64,000 nucleotides of DNA, from assembly GCA_949840915.1 (NCBI GenBank), contig CATKXY010000011.1, positions 39,192 to 103,191 of the forward strand, written 5' to 3'. Every line of letters begins with the position of its first letter. Position 1 is the stretch's first letter. The stretch is from an uncultured Lachnospiraceae bacterium (GTDB taxonomy: Bacteria > Bacillota > Clostridia > Lachnospirales > Lachnospiraceae). A model generated the notes under the pieces. That model was not told the DNA's origin. It worked only from the letters and a program-made list of their open reading frames with translations, and ran no database searches. Positions 40,614 through 51,414 of this stretch are shown here, in pieces. A program made the translations under genes and the position numbers.

Positions 40614-41618
40614 CTATTCATAAAGTTGCCTATATAATTTTGACAAACTCTCATTCAGTTCATCCCGCCTGCGCTTTGAAAACTCTCCGTCAAGAGTCCT
40701 GAATTTCATATGACGGTACAGGCTGCTCCCGGTAAAACCGTCTATCTCCTCCACAGACTCCAGCATGTCCCGCATCAGCTCACGCATTTTATCCTGATCT
40801 CCCCGGGCCTCTGCAAACTCCAGTTCCACGGAAGCGCCATAATACGCTCCCATATCAAACACTCCGGTCAGTTCGCTGCGCTTTTTTGTCAAAAGCGCAG
40901 CCCATTCCAGATCTTCCTCCTCCAAAGCCATCCTGAACAGCTCCCATAAAATCCCATCGCTTTCCCGCTGTTTCCGAAATAACGCCCCTTCCAGAATCTG
41001 ATAGGCCTCCTCTCTGCGTCCGGTCTGACGGTACAGACTCGCCCTCTTTCGCTCTGCATCCGGGTAACCGGCGGAAAAGTACGCCAGGCATTCCTCAGCC
41101 TCATGATATTTCTCCTCCCTCAGATACAATCTGAACAGTGCATCCGCCGCCATATCGCGGATCCAGCTCTCCTGACTCTCCAGACCCCTCCGGTAACTTT
41201 TAAGAATATAATCATCAAATCTCTCCTTTTGAGGGATGTGCCTCATCACTCTTTCGGCATCCAGAATCACAGCGCCCTGAACCATCAGCTTGTCACAGTT
41301 GGGATATAGCTCCGTCTTGGACCGAAACCACGCAAAAACACTGTCAAATTCCTCAAATCCGAGCCTGCGGTCCAGCTCCCTGAGCAAAGCGCAGACCTCC
41401 TCGTCACCCAACTCCTGCTCAAAAGAGAGCAGCATGTCCACCGAGATGCCAAACAGCCTGGCAATCGGCGCCAGCATCATGATATCCGGGTAGGAATTGC
41501 CGTTCTCCCACTTGTTCACCGCCGGAGCAGTCACCCCCAGCCTGCACGCCAGTTCCTCCTGGGTCATATTCTTTTCCTTCCTGCATTTCCTGATCATCTC
41601 ACCGATATTCATACGCAT
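40614..41618 (-). CDS. XRE HTH regulator with a TPR-like C-terminus
   Basis: TQEELA..LGVTAPAVNKWENG.SYPDI followed by helical repeats. Confidence 0.85.
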   Translation of the reverse strand: MRMNIGEMIRKCRKEKNMTQEELACRLGVTAPAVNKWENGNSYPDIMMLAPIARLFGISVDMLLSFEQELGDEEVCALLRELDRRLGFEEFDSVFAWFRSKTELYPNCDKLMVQGAVILDAERVMRHIPQKERFDDYILKSYRRGLESQESWIRDMAADALFRLYLREEKYHEAEECLAYFSAGYPDAERKRASLYRQTGRREEAYQILEGALFRKQRESDGILWELFRMALEEEDLEWAALLTKKRSELTGVFDMGAYYGASVELEFAEARGDQDKMRELMRDMLESVEEIDGFTGSSLYRHMKFRTLDGEFSKRRRDELNESLSKLYRQLYE

Positions 41619-41920
41619 ACTCCTTTTCGCATCCTATAAGCCGACAGACAGATTCTTTCGTCTGCACCCTTATAATAACAGCATCCGGTGCGCCGTACAA
41701 TTGAGTCGTGTTTAAGAATCGCTCAATTTTATTAACCGGCAGTTATACTTCTGTTCCCTGCCTTTCTTCCCAGTATATTTTGATTGCTGCGCTTGCCGGC
41801 TGCCCCTGTTCCTGTAGTTGAAGATATATTTATATTTTTCATTGTCATTGCTGCTTTTTCATGTTATAATTCATACTATATTGCTAATAATCTTATATTT
41901 GACCAAAGGAGAATCCACTC

Positions 41921-42364
41921 ATGAAAAAGCTGCTGGCCGCTGTTGTTTTGATCCCGGTACTAACCTTTGTATGCATTTTGATAGTTGCACCGATAGTAAA
42001 TGACAGTATATCCGGAAGCACTGCAAAGGAACTTGCAGCTAGGCCGCTTCCGGAAAACACGGAACTGATTGAGTCGGTAAGCAAGGCCGGAAAATTGGTG
42101 GGATGCGGAAACGGCATGCAGTATTTTGGCGCTATCTTGATAAAAAGTGGGCTTTCTTTAACAGAATTAAGAGAATATTATAATAGTTTTGCCGGAAGCG
42201 GACGGGAATATATTGTTGAGAATCAATCGGCCGGCGACATAAAAGTCATAGAGCATGCACTCATAAGTTTTAAGACGGACATCGATGGGGACAATTATTA
42301 TATCGTTTATACCTGGGGAGATAATCAAACCATATTTCACGAATTTGATCTCAGAGGCCACTGA
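41921..42364 (+). CDS. Hypothetical exported or membrane-anchored protein
   Basis: AAGGAG RBS, N-terminal hydrophobic helix, lower GC than neighbours. Confidence 0.7.
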   Translation: MKKLLAAVVLIPVLTFVCILIVAPIVNDSISGSTAKELAARPLPENTELIESVSKAGKLVGCGNGMQYFGAILIKSGLSLTELREYYNSFAGSGREYIVENQSAGDIKVIEHALISFKTDIDGDNYYIVYTWGDNQTIFHEFDLRGH

Positions 42365-42370
42365 TTAGGT

Positions 42371-42972
42371 TTAATGCTTTTGACGAATCCGCTTCCTCAG
42401 AATCACATTGAGCCACCGCTCACCCTCTCTCCCCCGACGCACATCGCAAGTGACCCACTGTTCCTCCACAGCCAGATTCACAATCTCCCGTATCAAATCA
42501 GCAAAGGAGGCCTCTGTCATATCCGTAAAGAAGCGCCCGTCTCTCTCTCCCGAAAAAGTCCCGTATTTGAAGGACAGATATAGCACGCCGTTCTCTTTCA
42601 GCGCCGCGGCCATCTTTCCGGTCACATCCCGCAGTTCATGCTCCGGCAGATGCAGTACGGAAGCGCACGCCCATATTCCGTCGTAGACCTTTACTTCCGA
42701 CAGATCCCCAAACAACATTTGCCTCACCCTGATTCCCGTATACTCCCCGGCCAGTCTGCACAACTCTGCGGAGCCATCCACAGCCTCCACCCGATAACCC
42801 TGTTCCAGAAAATATCTGGTGTCACGGCCGGACCCGCAGCCGAAATCAAGAATCCGCCCCCCCCCGGCTGCAGCTTATCCAGAAATCGGTTCTGCGTTGC
42901 CGTAAAATCCACCGCCACAGTGCCCTCCGCAAACCGTTTCGCATTTTTCTCGTAGTAGTCCAGCGTGCGCAT
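42371..42972 (-). pseudogene. Class I SAM methyltransferase frameshifted at a G9 tract
   Basis: MRTLDYY...LQPG in one frame, RILDFGCGSGRD...DGIWACAS in another; span is 602 nt; C9 at 42857-42865 on the plus strand. Confidence 0.85.
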
Positions 42973-42981
42973 GTCTCCTCC

Positions 42982-44319
42982 TCACTTTCCAAGCAGCCTC
43001 TCCCGCCTTCTAAAATAATAGACAAATCCTGTGACATCCGCCAGAATCCAGCCGATAGGTACCGCCCACCAGATACCCGCTACATTGACTTCGGGAACCG
43101 CAGAGAGCACATATGCCAGAACCACCCGTGTCCCGAGAGAAATAACCGTGAGTACCACCGACATACCGGGCTTTCCCAATGCCCGGTAAAGCCCGTACAG
43201 CAAAAACAGACAGCCGATCCCGCAGTAAAAGCTGCCCTCGATCCGCAAATACCGAACCCCCTCCGCAATAATGGCCGAATCCTCAGCTTTCACAAACAGA
43301 AGCATCAACGGACGGGCAAAAATCCAGACAACCGCCGATATCACGATGCAAAATCCCGTAGAAACGGCCACAGCTCCCCGAAAGCCTGCACAGATCCGAT
43401 CCCTCTTGCCCGCGCCGAAATTCTGGGCAATGAAGGTAGAAAATGCATTGCCGAAATCCTGCACCGGCATATAAGCGAAAGCATCTATCTTCACCGCGGC
43501 GGCAAAGGCTGCCATCACCCCGGACCCGAAGCTGTTGACCACACCCTGCACCAGCAGGATCCCCAGATTCATAACAGACTGCTGCACACAGGTAAGTACG
43601 GAAAATCCTGCGATCTCCCGCATACAGCTCCAACGAAACCTGCGCTCCTCCCGCCTCATTTTCAGACACGGAACAGAGAACAGCGCATACACCATGATAC
43701 CGATTCCCGATATGTACTGAGCGATCACCGTGGCCTCCGCCGCCCCGGCCGCTCCACGCTCAAGGCCGATCACAAACCACAGATCAAGCCCGATATTCAA
43801 CACAGCGGAAACTGCCAGAAAGATCAGCGGTACTACCGAATTTCCCACAGCCCGCAGCAGCGAGGCAAAATAATTATACAAAAAGGTGGCAAAAATCCCG
43901 CAGAATATGACTGCCAGATAACTGCGCATATCTCCCCACACTTCCTCCGGCACCTGGAGGAAGGACTGAATGGTATCGAGAAAAACAAATACCAGAATAT
44001 TCAACAGGATGGTCAGACCAAGAATCAGCACAAAGGAAGCGCAGATCCCCTCCCGCAGTCCCCTCTCATCCCGCTCTCCAAAACGGATAGAAAAATAAGT
44101 CCCGCTTCCCATACACAACCCCAGAAGAATCGAGGTCAGAAAAGTCATGAGCGCAAAGGAAGACCCCACCGCGGCCAGCGTATAAGGCCCCAGGAATCTC
44201 CCCACAATCAGCGTATCCGCCACATTATAGCATTGCTGTAACAGATTTCCCAAAATCATCGGAACAGCAAAACGCAGCATGGATTTCATCGCCGCGCCCT
44301 GTGTCATATCCGTATTCAT
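42982..44319 (-). CDS. MATE efflux transporter
   Basis: DMTQG, YNVADTLIVG, NIGLDLWF. Confidence 0.93.
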   Translation of the reverse strand: MNTDMTQGAAMKSMLRFAVPMILGNLLQQCYNVADTLIVGRFLGPYTLAAVGSSFALMTFLTSILLGLCMGSGTYFSIRFGERDERGLREGICASFVLILGLTILLNILVFVFLDTIQSFLQVPEEVWGDMRSYLAVIFCGIFATFLYNYFASLLRAVGNSVVPLIFLAVSAVLNIGLDLWFVIGLERGAAGAAEATVIAQYISGIGIMVYALFSVPCLKMRREERRFRWSCMREIAGFSVLTCVQQSVMNLGILLVQGVVNSFGSGVMAAFAAAVKIDAFAYMPVQDFGNAFSTFIAQNFGAGKRDRICAGFRGAVAVSTGFCIVISAVVWIFARPLMLLFVKAEDSAIIAEGVRYLRIEGSFYCGIGCLFLLYGLYRALGKPGMSVVLTVISLGTRVVLAYVLSAVPEVNVAGIWWAVPIGWILADVTGFVYYFRRRERLLGK

Positions 44320-44356
44320 AAATGTCCGCTCCCTGCCGCAGATTCATAGCAGTATT

Positions 44357-47300
44357 TCACAGTATATCCTCCTCCGACACCCGTTTCCCGCTCTCATCCG
44401 CATTCAGTGCCGCGACAAGGCTCTTTAACTTCCGCGGCGTCATATGTTCCTTGTAGTGAAGTCCTTCGTTTGTTATGTGCAGAACGGGATATTTGCCTTT
44501 TGTTTTTATGATATAGTGCTTATCCATCAGCCAATATATCGCCGTGGTGACATCCTCTCGCGTCATATAGGACAGCGCCTTGTATTCCGGTGCTGTATAC
44601 AGCTTATGTTTTGCGATCCTTTCCAAATCGGTTCCCAGAAGCACCCCGGCCAGAACCGATACCCCAAAATAGTACTTATCGCTGATATGCAGCAATGCAG
44701 ACAAAATGGTCTCCGCAATCTCATAACTGCTGTGCTCCTTATATTCCGGGAATCGCCCGGCGTCCACCTCTATGGAAGTATTGCCGTCAAAGATCTGCTG
44801 CTCCCAGTTTTCCCTCACAGGACTTTTCTCCGCCGGTTTCCGTTTATCCTTCAATACCCGGTTATCCTCCGGTTTCTGAGCCGGTTCGTCCGCCTCAGAC
44901 AATTCATATCCCATCATCAGATAGTAATCGCGCTTCGACATCGTATGGTTGCAGCCCCGGTTGTTCTCACTGTAATTGGTGCAGCCAAGAAAACGCTCTC
45001 CTCCTCTTCTGGATGTCTTGATCACAAGATACCCGTCCTGACAATCGGGACATTTCAAAATGGAAAGCTTTTTCCCCGCCATATGATTGGTCATAAAGCT
45101 GCAGACCTCCGGCTCATTGGTACACAGATAAAGACGCAGCCCGTAGGAGGGCTTATATTTGAGCTGCATGGGAAAGCCGCAGACCGGACATAGTTTTTTC
45201 CCGATCTGCACCGGTTCCTCCTCCGACCACTGTCCGCGCAGAAAGACATTTTTATATTCTTTCTTAATCTCCAGCAAAAACTCGGAAGGGTTCTGCTCCG
45301 GAGCAATAAAATACACACGGTTCTTGGTGCGCGTCATGGCCACATAGAAAAGTCTTCGCTCCTCCGCATACTGAATCGACGTATCTTCCCTCACCACCAG
45401 CGATAACACCGGATCATCCTCTATCTTGGATGGGAAACCATAGGTCTCATTCCTGCCATTGATGACAATCACATTGTCATAGCCTAAACCCTTTGACGCA
45501 TGCGCAGTCATAAAGGTAATGTCAAGCTTCGGATATTTGACCGATTTTACCTTTGCACCGCGGTTTCTATATTCAAACAATCCTGTTCTTGTCAGCCTGT
45601 CTCCGTCAAAGTTAAATCTTCCCAGCAGCAGTATACGGGATTCGGCAGTATCCCTGCCCTCCGCCCTGTCATATGTCATGATCTGTTCTATCGCAGTCTG
45701 TACCGCATAAGCTATCGCATAGTTCGTTCCGCTCCTTCTGTCTGAACTCAGAGCCCTGGCCGCGCCGTCATATGTATAGATAATAACCGGTTCATCAATA
45801 TGCTTGGGCGAAATCAGGGATTTTTGTATCTGGAACGCATTCTTCTGAATAAAATTCCCGGCAATATCAATCACTTCCTGAGAATTTCTGTAGGTGCGCA
45901 CGATCTTCATGAGCTTTGCATAACCCATTTTCTCCTGAAATTTTGTAAACAGCGTGATGTCCGAACCGCTGAACGCATAGATGGACTGCCAGTCGTCGCC
46001 GACTGCGATGATCTTTGCATCAGTCACTTCCGAAAACGATTTGACCAAATCAAAACGCTGTCTGGAGATATCCTGATACTCGTCTACGATCAGATACCGG
46101 AAATCGAGTTTCTGCTTCATCTCCTGCACTTCATTCAGCACTCGGGCGGATTCGTTGATCATATCCTCAAAATCCACGGCGCGTGCTTCGACAAGAAATT
46201 TTTTATACTCCAGAAAACAGGCGTGGCAGATGTCCAGAAACAGCTTAGTCCTCACATTGGAGGTTTTTCTGGAGAGCCTGTCAAACTCTTTTTCGTCATA
46301 ACCGTTGACTTTAAAATTCCTGATAAAGTTGACCACCAGAATTACCAGTCTGTTGATATACTTATTTTCCTCGGAAGAAATCAGTTTTTTGACGATCTCT
46401 TCGTTGGAACGTCTCCTCAGCTCAAATCCATGCCTCGTTAAGCTTTCCTCTAAATGCTCCGAGATGCTTCTGCCGTCGCGAAAGGAGGAAAAGCTGTAGA
46501 TCAGTTCCGTGCCATGCTCTCTGTGCAGGCATATCTTATCGTTGATCGCTTTCTTATAGGCGGCCAGCGTCTCCTCATCATACAGAAAATTCTTTCCGTC
46601 CTCCGTGATCCCAAAATGCTCTATGTAGGCCGTATGCTCTCCCTGCGAAATCATAAAATCCGGAGTATACGGCTTGCGGGACATCAGAATATGATATGGA
46701 TAAACAGGCTCATAGACATAATCTATGCTGTTGAGATAGAGGAAATTGGCGATTTCCACCTCCTGTACCGATCTCACGATCTCGTTTTGGATCGTGACCT
46801 TCTTCCTGCTGTTGCGGTCGATGATTTCCGTTTTAAAATCATCCAGCTCACTGCGCATCGTGGCATAATTGGCATTCGCCATATGATTAAAAAAGTTATT
46901 GATGTCGTCGCCCTCATAGGGCGCGTCAAAATAGGACGCAAAAAACAGGATAAGACTGTTGACCACACCGGGATCTTTGAGAACCTTATCCTTAAAATAG
47001 CCTTGAACACAGTAATACAATTTGCTACCATCTACGATATTCAGTTTTTCAGGCTCGTTTTTGTGCAGAATCGCATTTCCTGTTGAATGAAAGGTTGCGA
47101 TGGGACACGGGATATCCAGGTCTTGATTGATCCTTGCCTTCAATTCATTTACCGCTTTATTGGTAAACGAAATAATGAGTATCTGCCCCGGATCAACCCC
47201 CTGCTTTTCCACAAGATACTTTACCTTAGCGGCAACGGTTGTCGTCTTGCCCGCCCCCGCACCGGCTATGACCAGACTGTAATCCTCATCCGACAGCACG

Positions 47301-47740
47301 ACTTTTCTCTGGTCGTCGTCCAGACTGATTGCCGGATCCACCGCTCTCAGAATTGCGTCCAGATAGTCTTTTTCTTCAGACAGCTTTCTGTTTATATAAT
47401 CATCATTTGCCTTTTCCGCCAGAACATCAATGCTTTGATACGACAGATATATGCTTCTCGCCCTGTCTGCATCAAAACCGTTTTTATCACAATAAAATTC
47501 CAGCGTATCATTCTCATCCATGGAGATAAAGAGCTTCATCACATCAGCATATTTCTCCGCTTCTGCCGTATACTCTTTTCTCGACACATAATGATCGCTT
47601 TGCTGCAGTGTATCTATATAGTCCTCCCATGCGGCCAGTTCCACACATCTGCCGGAAACAGGCTTTTCCTGTTTGGGTCTGACTTTGTTTTTCTTAAAAA
47701 AGTATTCCAGTAATCTCATGCTCTTCCCTTTTGCAGCCAA
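44357..47740 (-). CDS. UvrD/helicase IV-like SF1 helicase with a nuclease-like insert, two Zn ribbons and an RQC domain
   Basis: AGAGAGKTT, VDEYQD, VGDDWQSIY, HASKGL, EERRLFYVAMTR; CPVC..C..C and CPDC..C..C; C-terminal FG...YPVLHIT. Confidence 0.88.
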   Translation of the reverse strand: MAAKGKSMRLLEYFFKKNKVRPKQEKPVSGRCVELAAWEDYIDTLQQSDHYVSRKEYTAEAEKYADVMKLFISMDENDTLEFYCDKNGFDADRARSIYLSYQSIDVLAEKANDDYINRKLSEEKDYLDAILRAVDPAISLDDDQRKVVLSDEDYSLVIAGAGAGKTTTVAAKVKYLVEKQGVDPGQILIISFTNKAVNELKARINQDLDIPCPIATFHSTGNAILHKNEPEKLNIVDGSKLYYCVQGYFKDKVLKDPGVVNSLILFFASYFDAPYEGDDINNFFNHMANANYATMRSELDDFKTEIIDRNSRKKVTIQNEIVRSVQEVEIANFLYLNSIDYVYEPVYPYHILMSRKPYTPDFMISQGEHTAYIEHFGITEDGKNFLYDEETLAAYKKAINDKICLHREHGTELIYSFSSFRDGRSISEHLEESLTRHGFELRRRSNEEIVKKLISSEENKYINRLVILVVNFIRNFKVNGYDEKEFDRLSRKTSNVRTKLFLDICHACFLEYKKFLVEARAVDFEDMINESARVLNEVQEMKQKLDFRYLIVDEYQDISRQRFDLVKSFSEVTDAKIIAVGDDWQSIYAFSGSDITLFTKFQEKMGYAKLMKIVRTYRNSQEVIDIAGNFIQKNAFQIQKSLISPKHIDEPVIIYTYDGAARALSSDRRSGTNYAIAYAVQTAIEQIMTYDRAEGRDTAESRILLLGRFNFDGDRLTRTGLFEYRNRGAKVKSVKYPKLDITFMTAHASKGLGYDNVIVINGRNETYGFPSKIEDDPVLSLVVREDTSIQYAEERRLFYVAMTRTKNRVYFIAPEQNPSEFLLEIKKEYKNVFLRGQWSEEEPVQIGKKLCPVCGFPMQLKYKPSYGLRLYLCTNEPEVCSFMTNHMAGKKLSILKCPDCQDGYLVIKTSRRGGERFLGCTNYSENNRGCNHTMSKRDYYLMMGYELSEADEPAQKPEDNRVLKDKRKPAEKSPVRENWEQQIFDGNTSIEVDAGRFPEYKEHSSYEIAETILSALLHISDKYYFGVSVLAGVLLGTDLERIAKHKLYTAPEYKALSYMTREDVTTAIYWLMDKHYIIKTKGKYPVLHITNEGLHYKEHMTPRKLKSLVAALNADESGKRVSEEDIL

Positions 47741-47791
47741 ATCTTACTTCTCCATATTACCATAAGAGCAATTGATTTTCTATAAAATTTA

Positions 47792-49174
47792 TTATGTTCT
47801 TTCCGGAACATCCTCGTGGATCCACTTCCCGCTAAAAAACCGCATGGTAAAGATGAGCGCCCTGACTCCCCAATCAGCAAACATTCCGATCCACACTGCC
47901 GCAAGGCCAAGGTCATACACATTCACAAGAAAAACGCAGATTGCTACACGGCAGCTCCACATGGTAATGACAGAAACGAGCATCGAAAATTTTGCATCGC
48001 CTGCCGCCCTGAACCCATACGGCAGACCAAAGGCACCTACCCACAACAGCGGTTTTACGATGGTCATCGCCGTAACCAGTTTAAAACACAATTCTGCTGC
48101 GTCCGGCTCCATCCCGCTGAGCCATGTCACCGGTTTTGTGACCGCAAGCACCAGGAGGCACGAAGCAAATACTCCGATCCATGCGATGCCCATAAGCTTT
48201 ACAACATAATACTTTGCCTCCTCTTTTCGGTGCGCGCCGATACACTGGCCCACCACCGTCATCAGTCCGATACCCACACCATTGCTGAAGATACCGTTTA
48301 CATTTTCCAGAATATCCGTCATTGCCTGTGCAGAGATCGCCATGGTTCCCATTGTGGAAACCGTTGATGAGATCGCGAGCTTACCGAACTGAAACATCCC
48401 GTTCTCGATTCCTGCCGGAATGCCTATGGCCATGATTTTTACGATCAGCGCCGCATCCGGACGGATGTTTAAATAGTTCTTTACCACGATGGTCTGCCCA
48501 GGCTTTCTGAGCTGCCAATAGATTACTGCTGTGCTGAAAACTCTGGATAAAAGCGTCGCCAGGGCAGCGCCTGCCACGCCCCATTGTAAGCCGTAGATAA
48601 ACAGGGCGTTTCCCGTGACATTCATAACATTCGAAACGACGGATATCTTCGTCGGGAGCTTCGAGTTGCCCGACGCCCTGTAAAAAGCCGCTCCCGCACT
48701 AAACAGCGCCAAAAACGGATAGGAGACGGCGGTGATCATGAAATAGACCAATGCATTTTCCATGACGGAATCTTCAACCGCTCCAAAAATCAGATCCAGA
48801 AGCCGCTCCCCTCCCAGAATACAAAATGCCGTGATGGAGAGTGCGATTACAAATACAGTGAGCACCACCTGTCCCGCCGCCCGGCTGCTCTCCTCTCTGT
48901 TGCCTCCGCCGATATACTGCGAACACACGATCACCGCACCGGCCGCCATTGCCACAAAGATCTGTATGACCAGATTGTTGATTGAATCCACGAGAGACAC
49001 CGCTGATATGGCATAGCTCCCGACAGTGGAAACCATCATTGTGTCCACCATTCCCATCAGCGAATTTAAAAACTGTTCTATGATGATCGGAAACAGCAGC
49101 CAAACCAACGACCTGTTATCAAATAACATATTTTGCCTGTCTATCTGTTCTTTATCATACAGTTTCATTATCAA
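47792..49174 (-). CDS. MATE efflux transporter
   Basis: MGMVDTMMVS, AVSLVD, FRAAGD, about 12 TM helices. Confidence 0.92.
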   Translation of the reverse strand: MIMKLYDKEQIDRQNMLFDNRSLVWLLFPIIIEQFLNSLMGMVDTMMVSTVGSYAISAVSLVDSINNLVIQIFVAMAAGAVIVCSQYIGGGNREESSRAAGQVVLTVFVIALSITAFCILGGERLLDLIFGAVEDSVMENALVYFMITAVSYPFLALFSAGAAFYRASGNSKLPTKISVVSNVMNVTGNALFIYGLQWGVAGAALATLLSRVFSTAVIYWQLRKPGQTIVVKNYLNIRPDAALIVKIMAIGIPAGIENGMFQFGKLAISSTVSTMGTMAISAQAMTDILENVNGIFSNGVGIGLMTVVGQCIGAHRKEEAKYYVVKLMGIAWIGVFASCLLVLAVTKPVTWLSGMEPDAAELCFKLVTAMTIVKPLLWVGAFGLPYGFRAAGDAKFSMLVSVITMWSCRVAICVFLVNVYDLGLAAVWIGMFADWGVRALIFTMRFFSGKWIHEDVPERT

Positions 49175-49328
49175 TTGACTCCCAAAACTTATTCAAACCT
49201 TCTAATAAAAATTGTACCACATATAAACTGTTCATACAGAAATTTTCAATTGATAAGTGACAATATTCAGTTGAATCGCAGATACTGTACTTGCTGCACA
49301 AATGAGTTCATAAGGCCAAACTGCACGT

Positions 49329-50159
49329 TTATTTTTCGATCACAGCATGTTCCCTGAGCCATCTGGCTACGCCGTCGTTCTCATTGCTGTCTATGATCCC
49401 GGAGGCCAGTGCCTTTAATTCTTCCACCGCGTTTTCTACGGCATATGCCTCATCGGACACCTGAAACATTGGGATATCATTGACAGCATCACCAAATGAG
49501 ATCACCTTGCTGCAATTCCAGATTGCTTTCAGCTTCTGTATAGCGTTGGCCTTGGTGGCTCGTGCCGGCATGATCTCGCACCAAAATTCCGGTCTGTACA
49601 GCTCCTGTTGAATGGTACAGTGATATCTGCGGTCTTTTACAAAGATATCATATACGGGAGCAAGCTCTTCCTTTTCACCGATACAGGTAAAGTAAAACAT
49701 ATCTCCCCTGTATAACTCTTCCCTGCTCTCCACAGGCCGAAGACGCCTGTCCCCCTTTCTATTGTTCAGATACCGTCTGATCCCGTCATTTTCTCTCTCT
49801 CTGATCCATGACACTTTCTCCTCCCCATCTATAAAAGCATAAACCAGGGGACTGATATCCTGCCTGTCCAGTACCAGCTTTACCTCGTCCGTCTCCTCCT
49901 GACAAAATCTCTCCTGAGACAAAATTTCTCCCGTGGCCGGATGGAAAATGAACGCTCCATTATATGCGATTACCGGAATATCCGTCGATAAACCCGCCGT
50001 AACCACCGAAGCCGATACCAGCGATCTGGCGGTGGCATAGGTGAACAACATGCCTCTGCTTACCAAATCATTGATGATCTCTATACTCTGAGGATTAATA
50101 GAATCTCTTCTGTTCAACAGTGTTCCGTCCAGATCCGTTACATACAGTATTCTCTCCAT
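49329..50159 (-). CDS. Cof-type HAD hydrolase
   Basis: DLDGTLL, ATAR, K, FGDAVND. Confidence 0.92.
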   Translation of the reverse strand: MERILYVTDLDGTLLNRRDSINPQSIEIINDLVSRGMLFTYATARSLVSASVVTAGLSTDIPVIAYNGAFIFHPATGEILSQERFCQEETDEVKLVLDRQDISPLVYAFIDGEEKVSWIRERENDGIRRYLNNRKGDRRLRPVESREELYRGDMFYFTCIGEKEELAPVYDIFVKDRRYHCTIQQELYRPEFWCEIMPARATKANAIQKLKAIWNCSKVISFGDAVNDIPMFQVSDEAYAVENAVEELKALASGIIDSNENDGVARWLREHAVIEK

Positions 50160-50187
50160 ATACGCTCCCTCCTCCGTCATATCTCCG

Positions 50188-51396
50188 TTATATCTTCCCG
50201 TCATGTCTGTCATACCGGCCCGTTGCGGCCAGGCAGACAGCTCCCGTCACGCTCATCAGCAGACCCGATACCCAAAACCATCGGGCAACTCCCGCCGCCT
50301 CACTGACCGGTCCTGCCACCAGCAGCCCGAATGGCGTTGCCAGAGTCATGGCTGTAGTCAGCATGGAAAACACCTTTCCCAGCATATCCGGTGCAACAGA
50401 CTCCTGAATATATGCCATGAGCGGAACATTGAAAAATGTTCCCGACGCTCCCATAATAAAACAACAGATCACAAAGCCCCAAAAACAGCCTGCCGGAAGA
50501 ATACCGCTCACTGCCGCCGCAAATCCCAGCGCAAAAATAGACATTGATATCATCAAAAAGCGTCTGCGGGATCCGCCCCACATCCCCATGACCAGAGAGG
50601 AGACAAGAAGACCTCCCGAAAATGCAAACTGCACCGCCGCGTTATGCCATGCCTCCCCGCTATAATGCATACGCACCAGCAGCGGAAACAGAGAACCCAA
50701 AGGCATGTAGAGAACGCTGGAAAACAAGATGGGAAAAAACACGGCTCTCAACGGTCTGTTATTCCACATTGCAGCAAATCCTTTTTTTGCGTCTTCTATC
50801 ATATGTACCGTTCTGCCCGTTCCAGGAATGTCAGGAATGGCAACTGCAGCCAGACACCCTATGGCAAATACGGCGCCTGCAATATCCACCAGCATGATCG
50901 CCGCAACCGGAAAGGCGGCCATCAATCCCGCTCCCAGAGCCGGACCCAGCATCGCGGACACAGACACGATCAGATTGCCCCACCCGCCCGCTTTTGTCAG
51001 CATTTCCACCGGGACAAACATAGGAATCGCCGCCTGCATCGCCGGAGCATGAAAGGTGTTGCCCAGACCGCGTACGAAAAGTATCACATAGATCAACCAC
51101 ATAGGCGGAGCTTCCGTCCATAAAAAAGCAATGCCCAGAACAACGCTCGACAGAGCCACCAGTCCGTCAGCGGCCATCATAACCGTCCTGCGATTATACC
51201 GATCGATCCAGACCCCGGCAAAAGGCCCCACCAGAAGATTGGGCAGAAAGGAAGCAGCCGTTGCAAGCGCAAGCGTGACCGCCGACTCTTCCCTCACAGT
51301 CATCCACCAGATTACGGCAAACTGAACGGCGGCAGAGCCTAATAGCGAAAATGCCTGTCCCGTATAAATGATCACAAACTTCTTTTTCCAATTCAT
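50188..51396 (-). CDS. MFS transporter, Mef/DHA3 macrolide-efflux-like
   Basis: WKKKF..I..GQAFSLLGS..VQFA.IWW, GVWIDRYNRR, LGKVFS. Confidence 0.8.
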   Translation of the reverse strand: MNWKKKFVIIYTGQAFSLLGSAAVQFAVIWWMTVREESAVTLALATAASFLPNLLVGPFAGVWIDRYNRRTVMMAADGLVALSSVVLGIAFLWTEAPPMWLIYVILFVRGLGNTFHAPAMQAAIPMFVPVEMLTKAGGWGNLIVSVSAMLGPALGAGLMAAFPVAAIMLVDIAGAVFAIGCLAAVAIPDIPGTGRTVHMIEDAKKGFAAMWNNRPLRAVFFPILFSSVLYMPLGSLFPLLVRMHYSGEAWHNAAVQFAFSGGLLVSSLVMGMWGGSRRRFLMISMSIFALGFAAAVSGILPAGCFWGFVICCFIMGASGTFFNVPLMAYIQESVAPDMLGKVFSMLTTAMTLATPFGLLVAGPVSEAAGVARWFWVSGLLMSVTGAVCLAATGRYDRHDGKI

Positions 51397-51414
51397 CGTT
51401 ATCCCTCCGGCGGC

